DNA of 64,000 nucleotides from assembly GCA_044226015.1 (NCBI GenBank), contig JBGAHS010000008.1, positions 1 to 64,000 on the forward strand, given 5' to 3'. Below, piece by piece: positions 39,477-49,041 of the stretch. The stretch is from Candidatus Obscuribacteraceae bacterium. GTDB lineage: Bacteria; Cyanobacteriota; Vampirovibrionia; Obscuribacterales; Obscuribacteraceae. Every line of letters starts with the position of its first letter. Within the stretch, counting starts at the first letter, position 1. The notes under the pieces are model-generated. The model had not been told where the DNA came from and ran no database searches. It saw only the letters and a program-made list of their open reading frames with translations. The translations under genes were made by a program, and so were the position numbers.

Positions 39477-41729
39477 ATGCTCATAAATGCTTCAAAACAG
39501 CCGCTCATATCAATCTGTCTTCCAGTTTACAATGGAGAGCAATACCTTGCTGCTGCCATAGAATCAGCATTGAATCAAACACTTCAAGACTTTGAGCTAA
39601 TAATCTCTGACGACTGCTCAACAGACCAGTCAGCAGATCTGATTGAAGAATACGCAGCGAAAGACAAAAGAATCAAGTATTTGCAAAGCAACCAGCGCGC
39701 GGGACTTTTCGCAAATTACAACAAGTGTATGGCTGCAGCTAAAGGAACCTTTATTAAGCCTCATGCTCAAGATGATGTCTTTGAGCCAGAACTTCTAGCA
39801 AGGCTTCATCGCGTTATGGAGTCGCACCCAGATGTGGCGCTAGTAAGTAGTGCCCGACATTTCATAGATAGACATGGATGCAAAATTCATCCTGGTACAT
39901 TCGTTAGAACAGTTGAGGACTTCCTGGGAGAGCAAGATGCTTACAAAGCTGTTGAGGTCTCAAAATGCAGCCTGATTCCGCTTCTTAACTTTATTGGAGA
40001 ACCATGCACAGTCATGTTTCGCTCAGAACATAAGGGTGACGGTTTCGATACTCAGTTTCGACATTTAGGCGACATTGAGTATTGGTTGCGCTTGATGGAA
40101 TATGGAGATTACGCATACGTTAATGAGCCCCTGGTTTCATTCCGCCAACATCGCACAAGCGCAACGGCAACAAACAAAGCCAACTTATGGATAGCCGCTG
40201 ACATTGTGAAAATGTCACGTGCGTGTGAGCACGTGTTGCGCAAGGTTGGAGGGTCACGCACAAGTTTTGTGCGCGACAACTTATTAGCCTTTTCATTGCA
40301 GGTAAACCTGTTGCTAGGTATAGGTGAATTGTCAGAGGAGAGCCTGTTTGGCGATCCTCTCATGAAAGATGAGGATGCGGTCGCGATAAAAGAGGCACTA
40401 TATCACCTTCTTTTCGTCGCAGCGGACCTACATAGGCAACTCTACTCAAGTGCAGAACAAACACAATCAGCTTCCATCGAAATGCAAAAGGTAATAAGAA
40501 ATAGCGAGAACTTACTTCGCAGTTTGTTGCGAAGCCCTTCTTGGGTAATCACTCGTGGCTTACGCGAGATCAATCGAATCGCAGGAGCATCATACAAAGC
40601 TGTTCCACGGAACCTCTCTAAAGACGGCAGTGTAGATGAATTGCAAAATGATTACTTGCGCTACCTAAAGTCCGAGAGAAAAAAGATTCTCCAGAGCCGT
40701 TCATGGAGGTTGACACGCGCATTTCGTCAATTCTTAAAGGGAATGCAAAAGTCCGTTAACGAAGTTTTGCCGGAGAAAGAGGTCAATTGGCAGGCGGCTG
40801 AACATGAGAGTCTGAGCAACGACAGTACTACAGCCCTAACTCCGAGTTCTTCAGCAATGCAGAGTGAATCAAATTCCAGAGCAAGACGCAAAGATGGTTA
40901 TGCTCACGAATTGACTGTTGGGGCAATGTTTCGAGACGAGGCGCCCTATCTCGCTGAATGGATTGAGTTCCACCATATGCTAGGAGTGGAAAAGTTTTTT
41001 CTATTCAACAATGAGAGCCAAGATGACTTTGAAGAAGTACTGGCACCGTACATACGAAAAAACTTGGTCGTACTCTGTCATTGGCCAATGGAATCAAGAA
41101 CACAAGCTGAACTCAATAACACGCAATGTGGTGCTTACCGCAGAATCGTAGATATGAATGCAGGACTAACAAAGTGGCTCGCACTGATCGATATCGACGA
41201 GTTCGTTTTTCCGGTTGTACAGGATTCATTACTTGATGTACTCCACGATTACGAAGACTTCGGTGGCTTATCAGTAAATTGGCAAATGTTTGGAACTGGG
41301 GGCTGCTCTGCCATTCCCAAAGATAAGTTGCTTATAGAATCACTTAACCAGTGCAGCAGAAAAAATCACAGACAAAACCATATGGTCAAGACTATTTCCC
41401 GCCCAGATTTGATAATGCATTTCGACAATGTTCACTTTGCGACATACGTTCCAGGTAAGTTACAAGTCAATGCCGACAAAATTCCGATGAAGGGTTCTTT
41501 TAGTGGATATGTTTCAACAGACAAAATCCGCGTGAATCATTATTGGAGTCGAGACGAAATTACTTTTGCATCCTTGAAGAAACCGAGATTGAAACACTAC
41601 AACTTTGACATTACCGAAGCTGAGCTAAACCAGTGGCTCAGTGAATTTAACGAAACCAAAGATACTGCAATTCATCGCTTCGTGCCAGAATTAAGGCAAC
41701 GAGTGTTCAATTGTCCTTCGACCAGATAG
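39477..41729 (+). CDS. GT2 + GT92 double glycosyltransferase
   Basis: PVYNGE, SDDCSTD, QDD (GT2); MFRDEAPYLAEWIEFH, IDIDEF, NHYW (GT92-like). Confidence 0.85.
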   Translation: MLINASKQPLISICLPVYNGEQYLAAAIESALNQTLQDFELIISDDCSTDQSADLIEEYAAKDKRIKYLQSNQRAGLFANYNKCMAAAKGTFIKPHAQDDVFEPELLARLHRVMESHPDVALVSSARHFIDRHGCKIHPGTFVRTVEDFLGEQDAYKAVEVSKCSLIPLLNFIGEPCTVMFRSEHKGDGFDTQFRHLGDIEYWLRLMEYGDYAYVNEPLVSFRQHRTSATATNKANLWIAADIVKMSRACEHVLRKVGGSRTSFVRDNLLAFSLQVNLLLGIGELSEESLFGDPLMKDEDAVAIKEALYHLLFVAADLHRQLYSSAEQTQSASIEMQKVIRNSENLLRSLLRSPSWVITRGLREINRIAGASYKAVPRNLSKDGSVDELQNDYLRYLKSERKKILQSRSWRLTRAFRQFLKGMQKSVNEVLPEKEVNWQAAEHESLSNDSTTALTPSSSAMQSESNSRARRKDGYAHELTVGAMFRDEAPYLAEWIEFHHMLGVEKFFLFNNESQDDFEEVLAPYIRKNLVVLCHWPMESRTQAELNNTQCGAYRRIVDMNAGLTKWLALIDIDEFVFPVVQDSLLDVLHDYEDFGGLSVNWQMFGTGGCSAIPKDKLLIESLNQCSRKNHRQNHMVKTISRPDLIMHFDNVHFATYVPGKLQVNADKIPMKGSFSGYVSTDKIRVNHYWSRDEITFASLKKPRLKHYNFDITEAELNQWLSEFNETKDTAIHRFVPELRQRVFNCPSTR

Positions 41730-42888
41730 GCAAAAAGACTAGCCCGCAGCAAATGACTAACAACACAGCAATCACACCGTATGCGTTGTGAATTCCCACC
41801 TGACCTGCGAGTATTCCAAGCAAGAGTGGTGCGGAGAGAGTGGCACTTCCAGACGAAAGCGACATGCGGAAAGTGGCTTGACTGGTCTGTCCTGGCGCGC
41901 TTGCAATTGCCAGCGATAAGGTAAGCGGATAAAAATTTGATATGCCCAGACCAGTTATGAATAATCCGAGCAAACTAAAGAACACAATTTTGCTGTTCCA
42001 AAAAAGAAAAAATCCAAATACCCCTAAGATTGATGCCAGACGCAAGAGTGTATGAGGCTTCATCTGGCGAGCCAAACGGCTACCAATGATTCTTCCAAAA
42101 ACCATGGCTACAAGAAAGGATGTGACACAAGCTGCAGCATCTGATTTAGACAGATGAATTACATCCTTGAGAAAGTCAGCAGTCCAATAGAGTATCGACC
42201 ACTCTGACGCAACACTCAAGAAAACGACCGCAAAGCACAGCCAATAAGCTTTGGGCAAGCGAGCATGTTTCTCATTGATTTTATTAGCGAGTGATTCTTC
42301 ATGAGTCTCGTTGGCTAAAAACTTGTGAGAAATGAAGAAGTAAATTACGAAAGCAAAAATTGGTAATATCAGCGCCGTTCGCCATCCGAGCGAGCTTCGG
42401 CTGAACCAACTTATCAAAAGTGGCGCCAGACTACAAAATAAACTAGCCGCAATATTTGCTTCGGTAATTGCAATCGCACGTAAATGCTGAAATCGTTCAG
42501 CCATAATTGTGCACATTGTTTGCGACATGGTGCTTCCGCAAACCCCACATACAAAACAAGCGGCAATAGTCAATGCAGGAATTTGCCCCGCAAGCAAAAT
42601 TGCAATACCGCAGCAGAGTCCCAAACAGGCGCCCCAGGCAGCTTTCACCACACCAAATTTTCGCTTCGTTTTATCACCCGTCAGACCCGCAACGATGACG
42701 CCACATGACCAGAGACTGAAGTGAAAGGCCGAAAGTGTATAGCTTAAATGCAGCTCTTCACGCAAAAATGTCATCGCTGGACCAAGCCCAGCAGAGGCAT
42801 AGCAATAAGTTCCAATCATCAAATAAGACAACCACGCGACACTGTCACGAACAAACTTGTTTGAAGATGGGTCTGCGCTAGTTTGCAT
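41707..42888 (-). CDS. MFS transporter
   Basis: About 12 hydrophobic segments, GRIIGSRLA loop motif, PLLLGILA. Confidence 0.85.
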   Translation of the reverse strand: MQTSADPSSNKFVRDSVAWLSYLMIGTYCYASAGLGPAMTFLREELHLSYTLSAFHFSLWSCGVIVAGLTGDKTKRKFGVVKAAWGACLGLCCGIAILLAGQIPALTIAACFVCGVCGSTMSQTMCTIMAERFQHLRAIAITEANIAASLFCSLAPLLISWFSRSSLGWRTALILPIFAFVIYFFISHKFLANETHEESLANKINEKHARLPKAYWLCFAVVFLSVASEWSILYWTADFLKDVIHLSKSDAAACVTSFLVAMVFGRIIGSRLARQMKPHTLLRLASILGVFGFFLFWNSKIVFFSLLGLFITGLGISNFYPLTLSLAIASAPGQTSQATFRMSLSSGSATLSAPLLLGILAGQVGIHNAYGVIAVLLVICCGLVFLPIWSKDN

Positions 42889-43191
42889 CTCTGAAGTGTA
42901 GCAGCTTGGATGTATTCGGCACTCTATCTATAACTATCGTCAAGATCGCAGAACTCGTACGCTTAAAGTTCAGCTCAATTACTTTCATTTCATCTATCAA
43001 TTGGTGGGACTCCAATTAATTCGCAATCAGCAGGGCAAAACAGCTCAGTACAACGAATTGAGCCACCATCAAAATTTTAGATTGAGAGAATTACGATTGC
43101 GTTTTGCACAATCATGCAGGTTGGTGTCACTTTCAATTCACGCTTGCTTGAGTAAGTTCCACTGAGCAGTGGCGACTGAGAGGATAAGATC

Positions 43192-43839
43192 ATGTCAGAT
43201 AGAAATGCAACACACGCATCATTTGTTGATGCAGCTAATCGAACAGAACAATTAAATAAGAACAGTATCGAATGTCGAGAAAATAGTACCGGTGAAGATA
43301 CCCAAGAGTGTGATAAGCGCTTCACGGTTCAATGGGACAAACAGCTCAACGACAACTACAAAACCCTAACAAAATCACTACCTTCTGATGGCAATACTCT
43401 CCTGCGAGACGCTGAAAGAAAATGGATTGATTTCGACAATGCAGACCTCGCTATGGGCAAGTATATGAGTTCTGACGCAGGAAGAGTTTTCCAGAAAGAG
43501 GATCTGATTGCTGACAGAGCAAAACAGCTCGCAGAGAGGTTTGGTGTAAATCCGATAGGAAGCGAACCTCGCGACTTAGCTCAAGTAGAAGCGAACCTAA
43601 ACACAGTTTATAAACAAGTAAAGGATCTTTTCACGCCAGCTCAGCAAGCTTCACTTACAGCATCAGAACGAAAATGGATAGCGTTCAAAGATGCTGAATA
43701 TAAGATCATAGACTACTTGTTTCCGCCAGCAAAAGACAATGAAAGCAGCCTGCGAAACAACCTGGCAAAAGCGCAAATTCTTGATGATAGGAATAAGGAG
43801 CTTCGCACACTGGCTGCCAATATTGAGAGAAAACAATAA
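43192..43839 (+). CDS. Protein with two LprI/DUF1311-like helical repeats
   Basis: LNDNYK...LRDAERKWIDF and LNTVYK...LTASERKWIAFKDAE. Confidence 0.7.
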   Translation: MSDRNATHASFVDAANRTEQLNKNSIECRENSTGEDTQECDKRFTVQWDKQLNDNYKTLTKSLPSDGNTLLRDAERKWIDFDNADLAMGKYMSSDAGRVFQKEDLIADRAKQLAERFGVNPIGSEPRDLAQVEANLNTVYKQVKDLFTPAQQASLTASERKWIAFKDAEYKIIDYLFPPAKDNESSLRNNLAKAQILDDRNKELRTLAANIERKQ

Positions 43840-43921
43840 CAGTTAAGCACCAGGCAAATTCACGATAATATCAACAGCAGTGAAGCGCTCTACTCCGCTC
43901 GTTTCTGTGAGAACTGTCAGA

Positions 43922-44069
43922 GCACACTAAGGAAAGGAGGAACAGCGGAGATCGTCGCTGTTCCTCGGTGTGATCCAGGTTAAGTGTGCAGGAGAGCTCT
44001 GGTGAGCCAAAAGGGTCTGCGGAATTTTTGGAACAGGCTGGCGCACCCGCAGTTTCGACGCCAGCCTGT
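43922..44069. other. Structured intergenic segment between convergent genes (terminator-like hairpins)
   Basis: 11-bp stem GAGGAACAGCG/CGCTGTTCCTC (43937-43966) nested inside GCACACT/AGTGTGC (43922-43989); second 11-bp stem ACAGGCTGGCG/CGCCAGCCTGT (44033-44069). Confidence 0.55.
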
Positions 44070-44082
44070 AGCTTTCGCTTTC

Positions 44083-47000
44083 CTAGACGCTGCTGTCCCA
44101 GAAGGCAGCTTCTTTTCCAGAAAGCAATGTTTCAAGTTCGCGCCTCACTGAATCGAAGACAAATTTGTTGGTTGTCCAAAACGCGAGGCGTTGATTTGGT
44201 GCAATCGCAGTGTTCTTTACAGAAGCTATCAACTCTATTGCAGTTACTCGCAAGAATTTTTGAAGTTCTGGCAATTCCATGCCTAGTTTCATTGTTGCAA
44301 GTCGCTGAACGAGCTTTACTCTAGCCGTTTCAAGAAGATCTGCGCTTACAGGTTCACCCCTGTGAACTTTTTCGAATGCTTGTTCGAATTCCGAGAGGAA
44401 ATGTTGAAGGTCGCTTTTCACTTGCTGAAATTCAAGGTCAAGCACAGGGTCTCTGCTTCCAAGAATAGACTTAGCAAATGAATTCAGTTTTTCCATAAAA
44501 CCACCCGACGCATCTTGCTTTTTCATTAGAGGAAGAATTGGGGTAGGAGCAAACGAAGCTTCCTCTGACAATTTCATAGCTTTAAGTTCCTCTCTTGCTG
44601 ACTCTGACGCAACCAATTTGGCTTTTTCTTCATGTGCGGAAATTCCCGACGCAGCATCCTTTTGAAGAGGAACTGCATTATCTTTCTTGCTAGCTCCCAG
44701 CTGCCTGAGGCTTAAATCGGCATCGAACATTTCTTTCTTCTGATCGGGACGCCCTGCTGACATCGGACGAGCAGATGGACGAGCAGGATGCACCGGTGGT
44801 ATCGGCTGAGCTGATGGCTGTGCTGCCATAGAGGCTTGCTGTGGTGGCACCATTGGTGCCGAGGACGCTTGCTGGAGGCTAGGGCTTTGAGGAGGCGACG
44901 GTGGAGCAGATGACGCAGCCGGTGTGCCGCCAGGGGCAGGCAGTGAAAGAGATGAATTACATGCAGAGAACTGCTTCCACGAACCTGTGCTGCATGCCTC
45001 CTGTGCTGCTTCAGCACAATCAGTCCAGGCATCAGCGCTATGGCCTTCTGCGGCCGCCCCCCAGGAATCACGAGCTGGAGCAGGGCTGGCGCCCCAAGAG
45101 CCCTGAGCTGAGGCTTGGCTAGCTCCCAAAGAGCCTCCTGCACCGCCAGCTAGATTCGAATATTCATTTGAGGACATTCTTGAAAGCGAGCGCATTTTCA
45201 CAGTGGGGCTAATCGCTTGCCATTCAGCTGGAGTTTCCACAGCCTGAACAATCTTTCTAATTGAGCCAGATTTATTCACAATTTCAGACTCGTCAACTAC
45301 AACATAAGCAGTGAATTTCGAAAGCAACGAATGCTGCACGGACAGCGAGATGATGTCTTGCTTGATCTGGCGAGAATTGTTCAAGCGGAATGTATCTTCC
45401 AGATCCATTATGTGAGCTTTAGCCCAAAGATGCGCAATACAAGCCATATCTACGGGCTGAGCTTTCACCTTCTCTTCAAAATTCTTTCCATTGGCAAGTC
45501 TTCCTTTTATCCGAAGCTTACCGCTTCCGGCTCCATTGAGCTTGAAGAAACAAATGGATGCGCGTCCTGCGAAAATATCGGGGATACGAGCGGGAGAAAG
45601 TGAGGCTCTGTCGACAGAGAGATCCTGGTTCTCTAATTGTAGGTCCGTTACAATCGGAGCACCAATTTCCCTTCCAATCGAAGTCAGAGCCTCCTCCAGT
45701 TGAATCCCGGGTTCAACAAATGTAGCGGTTCCACCTCCGAGAGTTGCAAGTCGCTTCAGCAAACCTGAATTGACTGAGGTATCGATGCCGACTACAAAGA
45801 GCCTGGCATCACCTATCTCGTTCTGGATGCGCCGCAAAATCATGGACTCGTTTCCTACCTCACCATCAGTGAGCACCACTAATGATGGCAGGCGTCCGTC
45901 TCTATCAGTGCGGGACCTCAGGGCAGACAACGCATTCGCAAGCGCATTGTCCATCTCTGTGCCACCTCGCGCATTTACTGTGCGCAGGTACTTTTCGCCA
46001 GCCTCTAGCCCTGCAGTGTCCGCGGTGATAAAGCGGTCACTTCCCCTTGCAGGCATCCACTCGACTGAATTATCGAAGGAAGCGATGGCGAATTTGTCCT
46101 GAGGTCCCAACGTGTTCAATAAAATGCCGCAAGCTCTAATTGCTGAACTCATCTTGATGCCACTCATTGAACCAGAGCGATCAAGTACGAAAATTATGTC
46201 TCGCGGAGCGCCCAAATAGCCAGTCCGACGAGGCGGCAATAAAGAGAGTAAACCATATGTAGTACCATGCTCAGTCTTGTAAGTAAGAAGGGACGATTTC
46301 ACAGTGTCGCTAGTAGCACGCCAACGCAAGACGAAATCACGATTCAATCTTTCATCTACGCGTCCTAGCGACACCGTGATGCCCTCCTGTCCGAGCGAAG
46401 TTTTACTTGCATGTTGAGAGCAGGCAAGGTCGCTAATTTCAACTCCATCTGCAGACAGGAATTCAACTTTCAAACTCAACTTAACATTGGAATCCACTCC
46501 GTTAGCCAGGCGAGGCGGTGAGATGCGCGAAGCATCCGGAACCAGATCAGTATCGGCAGAAATGCCATCGCCAACCTGATTTCTGTTCAGCTCTCGACCA
46601 GGTATATATCTGGGAGCAACAACCAACGGCAACCTCAGTTCGCTTGCGCCATCTTCATAGAATGGCAAACGTTCCGAATAGCTTATCTCAATTGTCACAT
46701 CCTCGCCTGGCGGAATGTTTCCTACTTGAACAGTAAACACATCGTCGCGTTCTTGTTCTAGCAATGCTGCACGCTTTCCAGCGCTGACAGCCTGGTTGTA
46801 ATGCTCTCGAGCTTCAGCCCGCTCACGCACAACACCTTTAATTTTGCGCTGACCAACTTTCATTTCGAAATTCGAAATAGCTGAGCCTGCGGCTAGAGGA
46901 AATATGTAAACAGCTTCAATGTGCTCTGTCAGTGTGTTCTTAAAAACTTGTTTGATTGTAACTTCAGAGACACGATCAACGACCCGCGCAACAATATCGA

Positions 47001-47115
47001 CCGCATCAAGTGGCAATGCAATCTGTTGCGGACCTTCAATTAATAGGCGCCCTAATTCGCGCACAGCACCTTTGACTTCGTCTAACATAGGTAATTGGAT
47101 GCTGGGTGGGGTCAT
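44083..47115 (-). CDS. VIT + von Willebrand A domain protein
   Basis: VIT: QVFKN..EAVYIFPL, LLEQER.DVF..VGNI, PLVVAPRY; MIDAS DRSGS, GGTE, LTDG; LLSKFTAYVVVD. Confidence 0.92.
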   Translation of the reverse strand: MTPPSIQLPMLDEVKGAVRELGRLLIEGPQQIALPLDAVDIVARVVDRVSEVTIKQVFKNTLTEHIEAVYIFPLAAGSAISNFEMKVGQRKIKGVVRERAEAREHYNQAVSAGKRAALLEQERDDVFTVQVGNIPPGEDVTIEISYSERLPFYEDGASELRLPLVVAPRYIPGRELNRNQVGDGISADTDLVPDASRISPPRLANGVDSNVKLSLKVEFLSADGVEISDLACSQHASKTSLGQEGITVSLGRVDERLNRDFVLRWRATSDTVKSSLLTYKTEHGTTYGLLSLLPPRRTGYLGAPRDIIFVLDRSGSMSGIKMSSAIRACGILLNTLGPQDKFAIASFDNSVEWMPARGSDRFITADTAGLEAGEKYLRTVNARGGTEMDNALANALSALRSRTDRDGRLPSLVVLTDGEVGNESMILRRIQNEIGDARLFVVGIDTSVNSGLLKRLATLGGGTATFVEPGIQLEEALTSIGREIGAPIVTDLQLENQDLSVDRASLSPARIPDIFAGRASICFFKLNGAGSGKLRIKGRLANGKNFEEKVKAQPVDMACIAHLWAKAHIMDLEDTFRLNNSRQIKQDIISLSVQHSLLSKFTAYVVVDESEIVNKSGSIRKIVQAVETPAEWQAISPTVKMRSLSRMSSNEYSNLAGGAGGSLGASQASAQGSWGASPAPARDSWGAAAEGHSADAWTDCAEAAQEACSTGSWKQFSACNSSLSLPAPGGTPAASSAPPSPPQSPSLQQASSAPMVPPQQASMAAQPSAQPIPPVHPARPSARPMSAGRPDQKKEMFDADLSLRQLGASKKDNAVPLQKDAASGISAHEEKAKLVASESAREELKAMKLSEEASFAPTPILPLMKKQDASGGFMEKLNSFAKSILGSRDPVLDLEFQQVKSDLQHFLSEFEQAFEKVHRGEPVSADLLETARVKLVQRLATMKLGMELPELQKFLRVTAIELIASVKNTAIAPNQRLAFWTTNKFVFDSVRRELETLLSGKEAAFWDSSV

Positions 47116-47130
47116 TGAATCGTCCTCCGA

Positions 47131-47652
47131 TTATTTTTTGTTGCGCGACCTCATAGCTTCGAGTGCCGCACTGATTTTTTTGCTTGTTTCACTGATGTCG
47201 TCTGATTGCCAGTTATCTTGAATCAGCACCTTCACTCCTGGCTCGATTTCAATTTCGTGCCATGTGACAGTTCGTACTGTTTCAGCTTTCTTATGTGCGT
47301 CTTGCTCTTTCTGTTTCCAAAAATCGGCAAGACTGGCTAGTAGAGCCTCCAGCTCGTCATCATTTCTTCCGTAAAGGCGCGTTTGTATTTCTGACAGAGG
47401 CAAATTGATTGCCTGCAACGCTTTTATTGCAAGAACCTGTAACACCTGCCGCCTGCCATAAATGGCTTGTCGTCCGTTGATACGAGGTCTATCAATTAAT
47501 CCGAGTGTCGTGTAGTAGCGAATTGTCCGAGCATCCGGTACTGGCGAAACACGGTTGTCTTGTTGGGCGCCGAGCAGAGCGTATTTGGTTAACAGTTGTC
47601 CAACTTCGTCGGACAGCTCGTCAAGACTTAGCGCTTGCTCTTCCGTCTTCAT
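47131..47652 (-). CDS. MerR-like HTH protein
   Basis: PDARTIRYYTTLGLIDRP, YGRRQVLQVLAIKALQ..LPLSEI. Confidence 0.85.
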   Translation of the reverse strand: MKTEEQALSLDELSDEVGQLLTKYALLGAQQDNRVSPVPDARTIRYYTTLGLIDRPRINGRQAIYGRRQVLQVLAIKALQAINLPLSEIQTRLYGRNDDELEALLASLADFWKQKEQDAHKKAETVRTVTWHEIEIEPGVKVLIQDNWQSDDISETSKKISAALEAMRSRNKK

Positions 47653-47940
47653 GACAGTATTATTTCAAATTACTGTAATACTGTCAAGATCCCAAGTCGA
47701 ACTGCTTGAAACACTTGCTGCTCAATGAGAAATCGAACTCTGGAATACAAACACGACTGTTTCCAGTATAAATACTGTCAGATTAACTGTCAGCATTTTA
47801 GAAAGCAGCAAGAATACCTCAAAAGCATTGAACAGCAGCTTTCTTAGCGAGCAAGGCAGACCTATCCGCCTATCTCAGCCGATCATTATTATATGCAAGG
47901 CATATTAACACTGTCACAATAGGATTTCCCATTACTGTCA
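47652..47940 (-). promoter_or_regulatory. Leaderless promoter and array of TGACAGT sites
   Basis: Minus strand TTGACA (47687-47682)-N17-AATAAT (47664-47659)-6 nt-ATG; TGACAGT/ACTGTCA at 47652, 47680, 47774, 47786, 47910, 47934. Confidence 0.7.
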
Positions 47941-48170
47941 GAATATCCTGGCAGCTCCAGCTTGCACGACAGCACCGTCTAACTCGCTGGTCCATTATTG
48001 CGGCTCCTGGCAGCTAGAAGCATTTCGGCAAGTGACTCTGAATATTGCAAATTAAAGGAAAAGAATTCAGCAGGAGAGATTTGCAAGGTTTCCAAATAGT
48101 AAGCATTATTCAGGCCAAGTTGCGGTGGTATAGCAGTGCTATGGCGATCACGAACTTTAGGAGTAAAAGA

Positions 48171-48983
48171 ATGCGTCGAGCTTTTTTTGTCTTGCTTATG
48201 GGCGGCAATCTGGTTTGGAATTGTTTCGCTGAAAACGCAGCAAGAGCACAAAGTTCTGCGGATCGGAGTTTTGAATTCCGGCAAAAGCAGGCCGAAGCTC
48301 AACGAAAGTTTGAACAGCATAGAGCCGAAATTGAGCGAAACTTTCAGCAACATCAATTCGGGCATGGACACAGCAATGGCGTCACTACCTACAGTGGCAC
48401 AGCTGCAACAAGTTCCAGAGCAGCTAACTACTCCAACTCTGCATATGGAAGCGGAAGTTCTCAGCACAGCACGAGCCAGGCAAGCCCGAGCAACAATTTT
48501 GACCCAAGAACAGCACCAGCTCCTGGAAAGTGTTTCATGAGCCTGGTGCAAACCGCACGTTCAGCTAACAGAGTAGAGTCGCTATTCGGTTATCTGCCTT
48601 CAACACAAGTAACCCTCTTAAAAGAAAGACAAGCTCAACATGACCCTGCGCTTGCGGCTAAAAGACGGGCAGAGTATCAAGCGGCAGGCACATTAGACCG
48701 AGACACAATAGAGCATTTGACTCAAGACCCCTACTCAGGCGAGTTGAAGTCGCTCAAGAATATAGCTAATAAGGTAATTAAGGTAAGGAGTTCCGAAATA
48801 AAAGGGAACAAAGCGGTCATATCCGTTCTCACTCACTCTGATGCGAAGGCAAGTTTTAACGGCGGAAAGTCCGAAGCATTTCCTTACGGCACTGCACGAG
48901 TCGACATGTTTGGAGAAGGATCATACTGGAAATTCGACCGATACAATGACGACAACCTAAAATTCAAGACTCCTCCTCGCTAA
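48171..48983 (+). CDS. Hypothetical secreted protein
   Basis: AGGAG before ATG 48171; signal-like MRRAFFVLLMGG; Q-rich coil and S-rich linker. Confidence 0.65.
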   Translation: MRRAFFVLLMGGNLVWNCFAENAARAQSSADRSFEFRQKQAEAQRKFEQHRAEIERNFQQHQFGHGHSNGVTTYSGTAATSSRAANYSNSAYGSGSSQHSTSQASPSNNFDPRTAPAPGKCFMSLVQTARSANRVESLFGYLPSTQVTLLKERQAQHDPALAAKRRAEYQAAGTLDRDTIEHLTQDPYSGELKSLKNIANKVIKVRSSEIKGNKAVISVLTHSDAKASFNGGKSEAFPYGTARVDMFGEGSYWKFDRYNDDNLKFKTPPR

Positions 48984-49041
48984 GCAAATGTTTGCCTCAG
49001 AATGGCGCACCTGAGCAACTTTCAAACACATAAAGTCAAAG

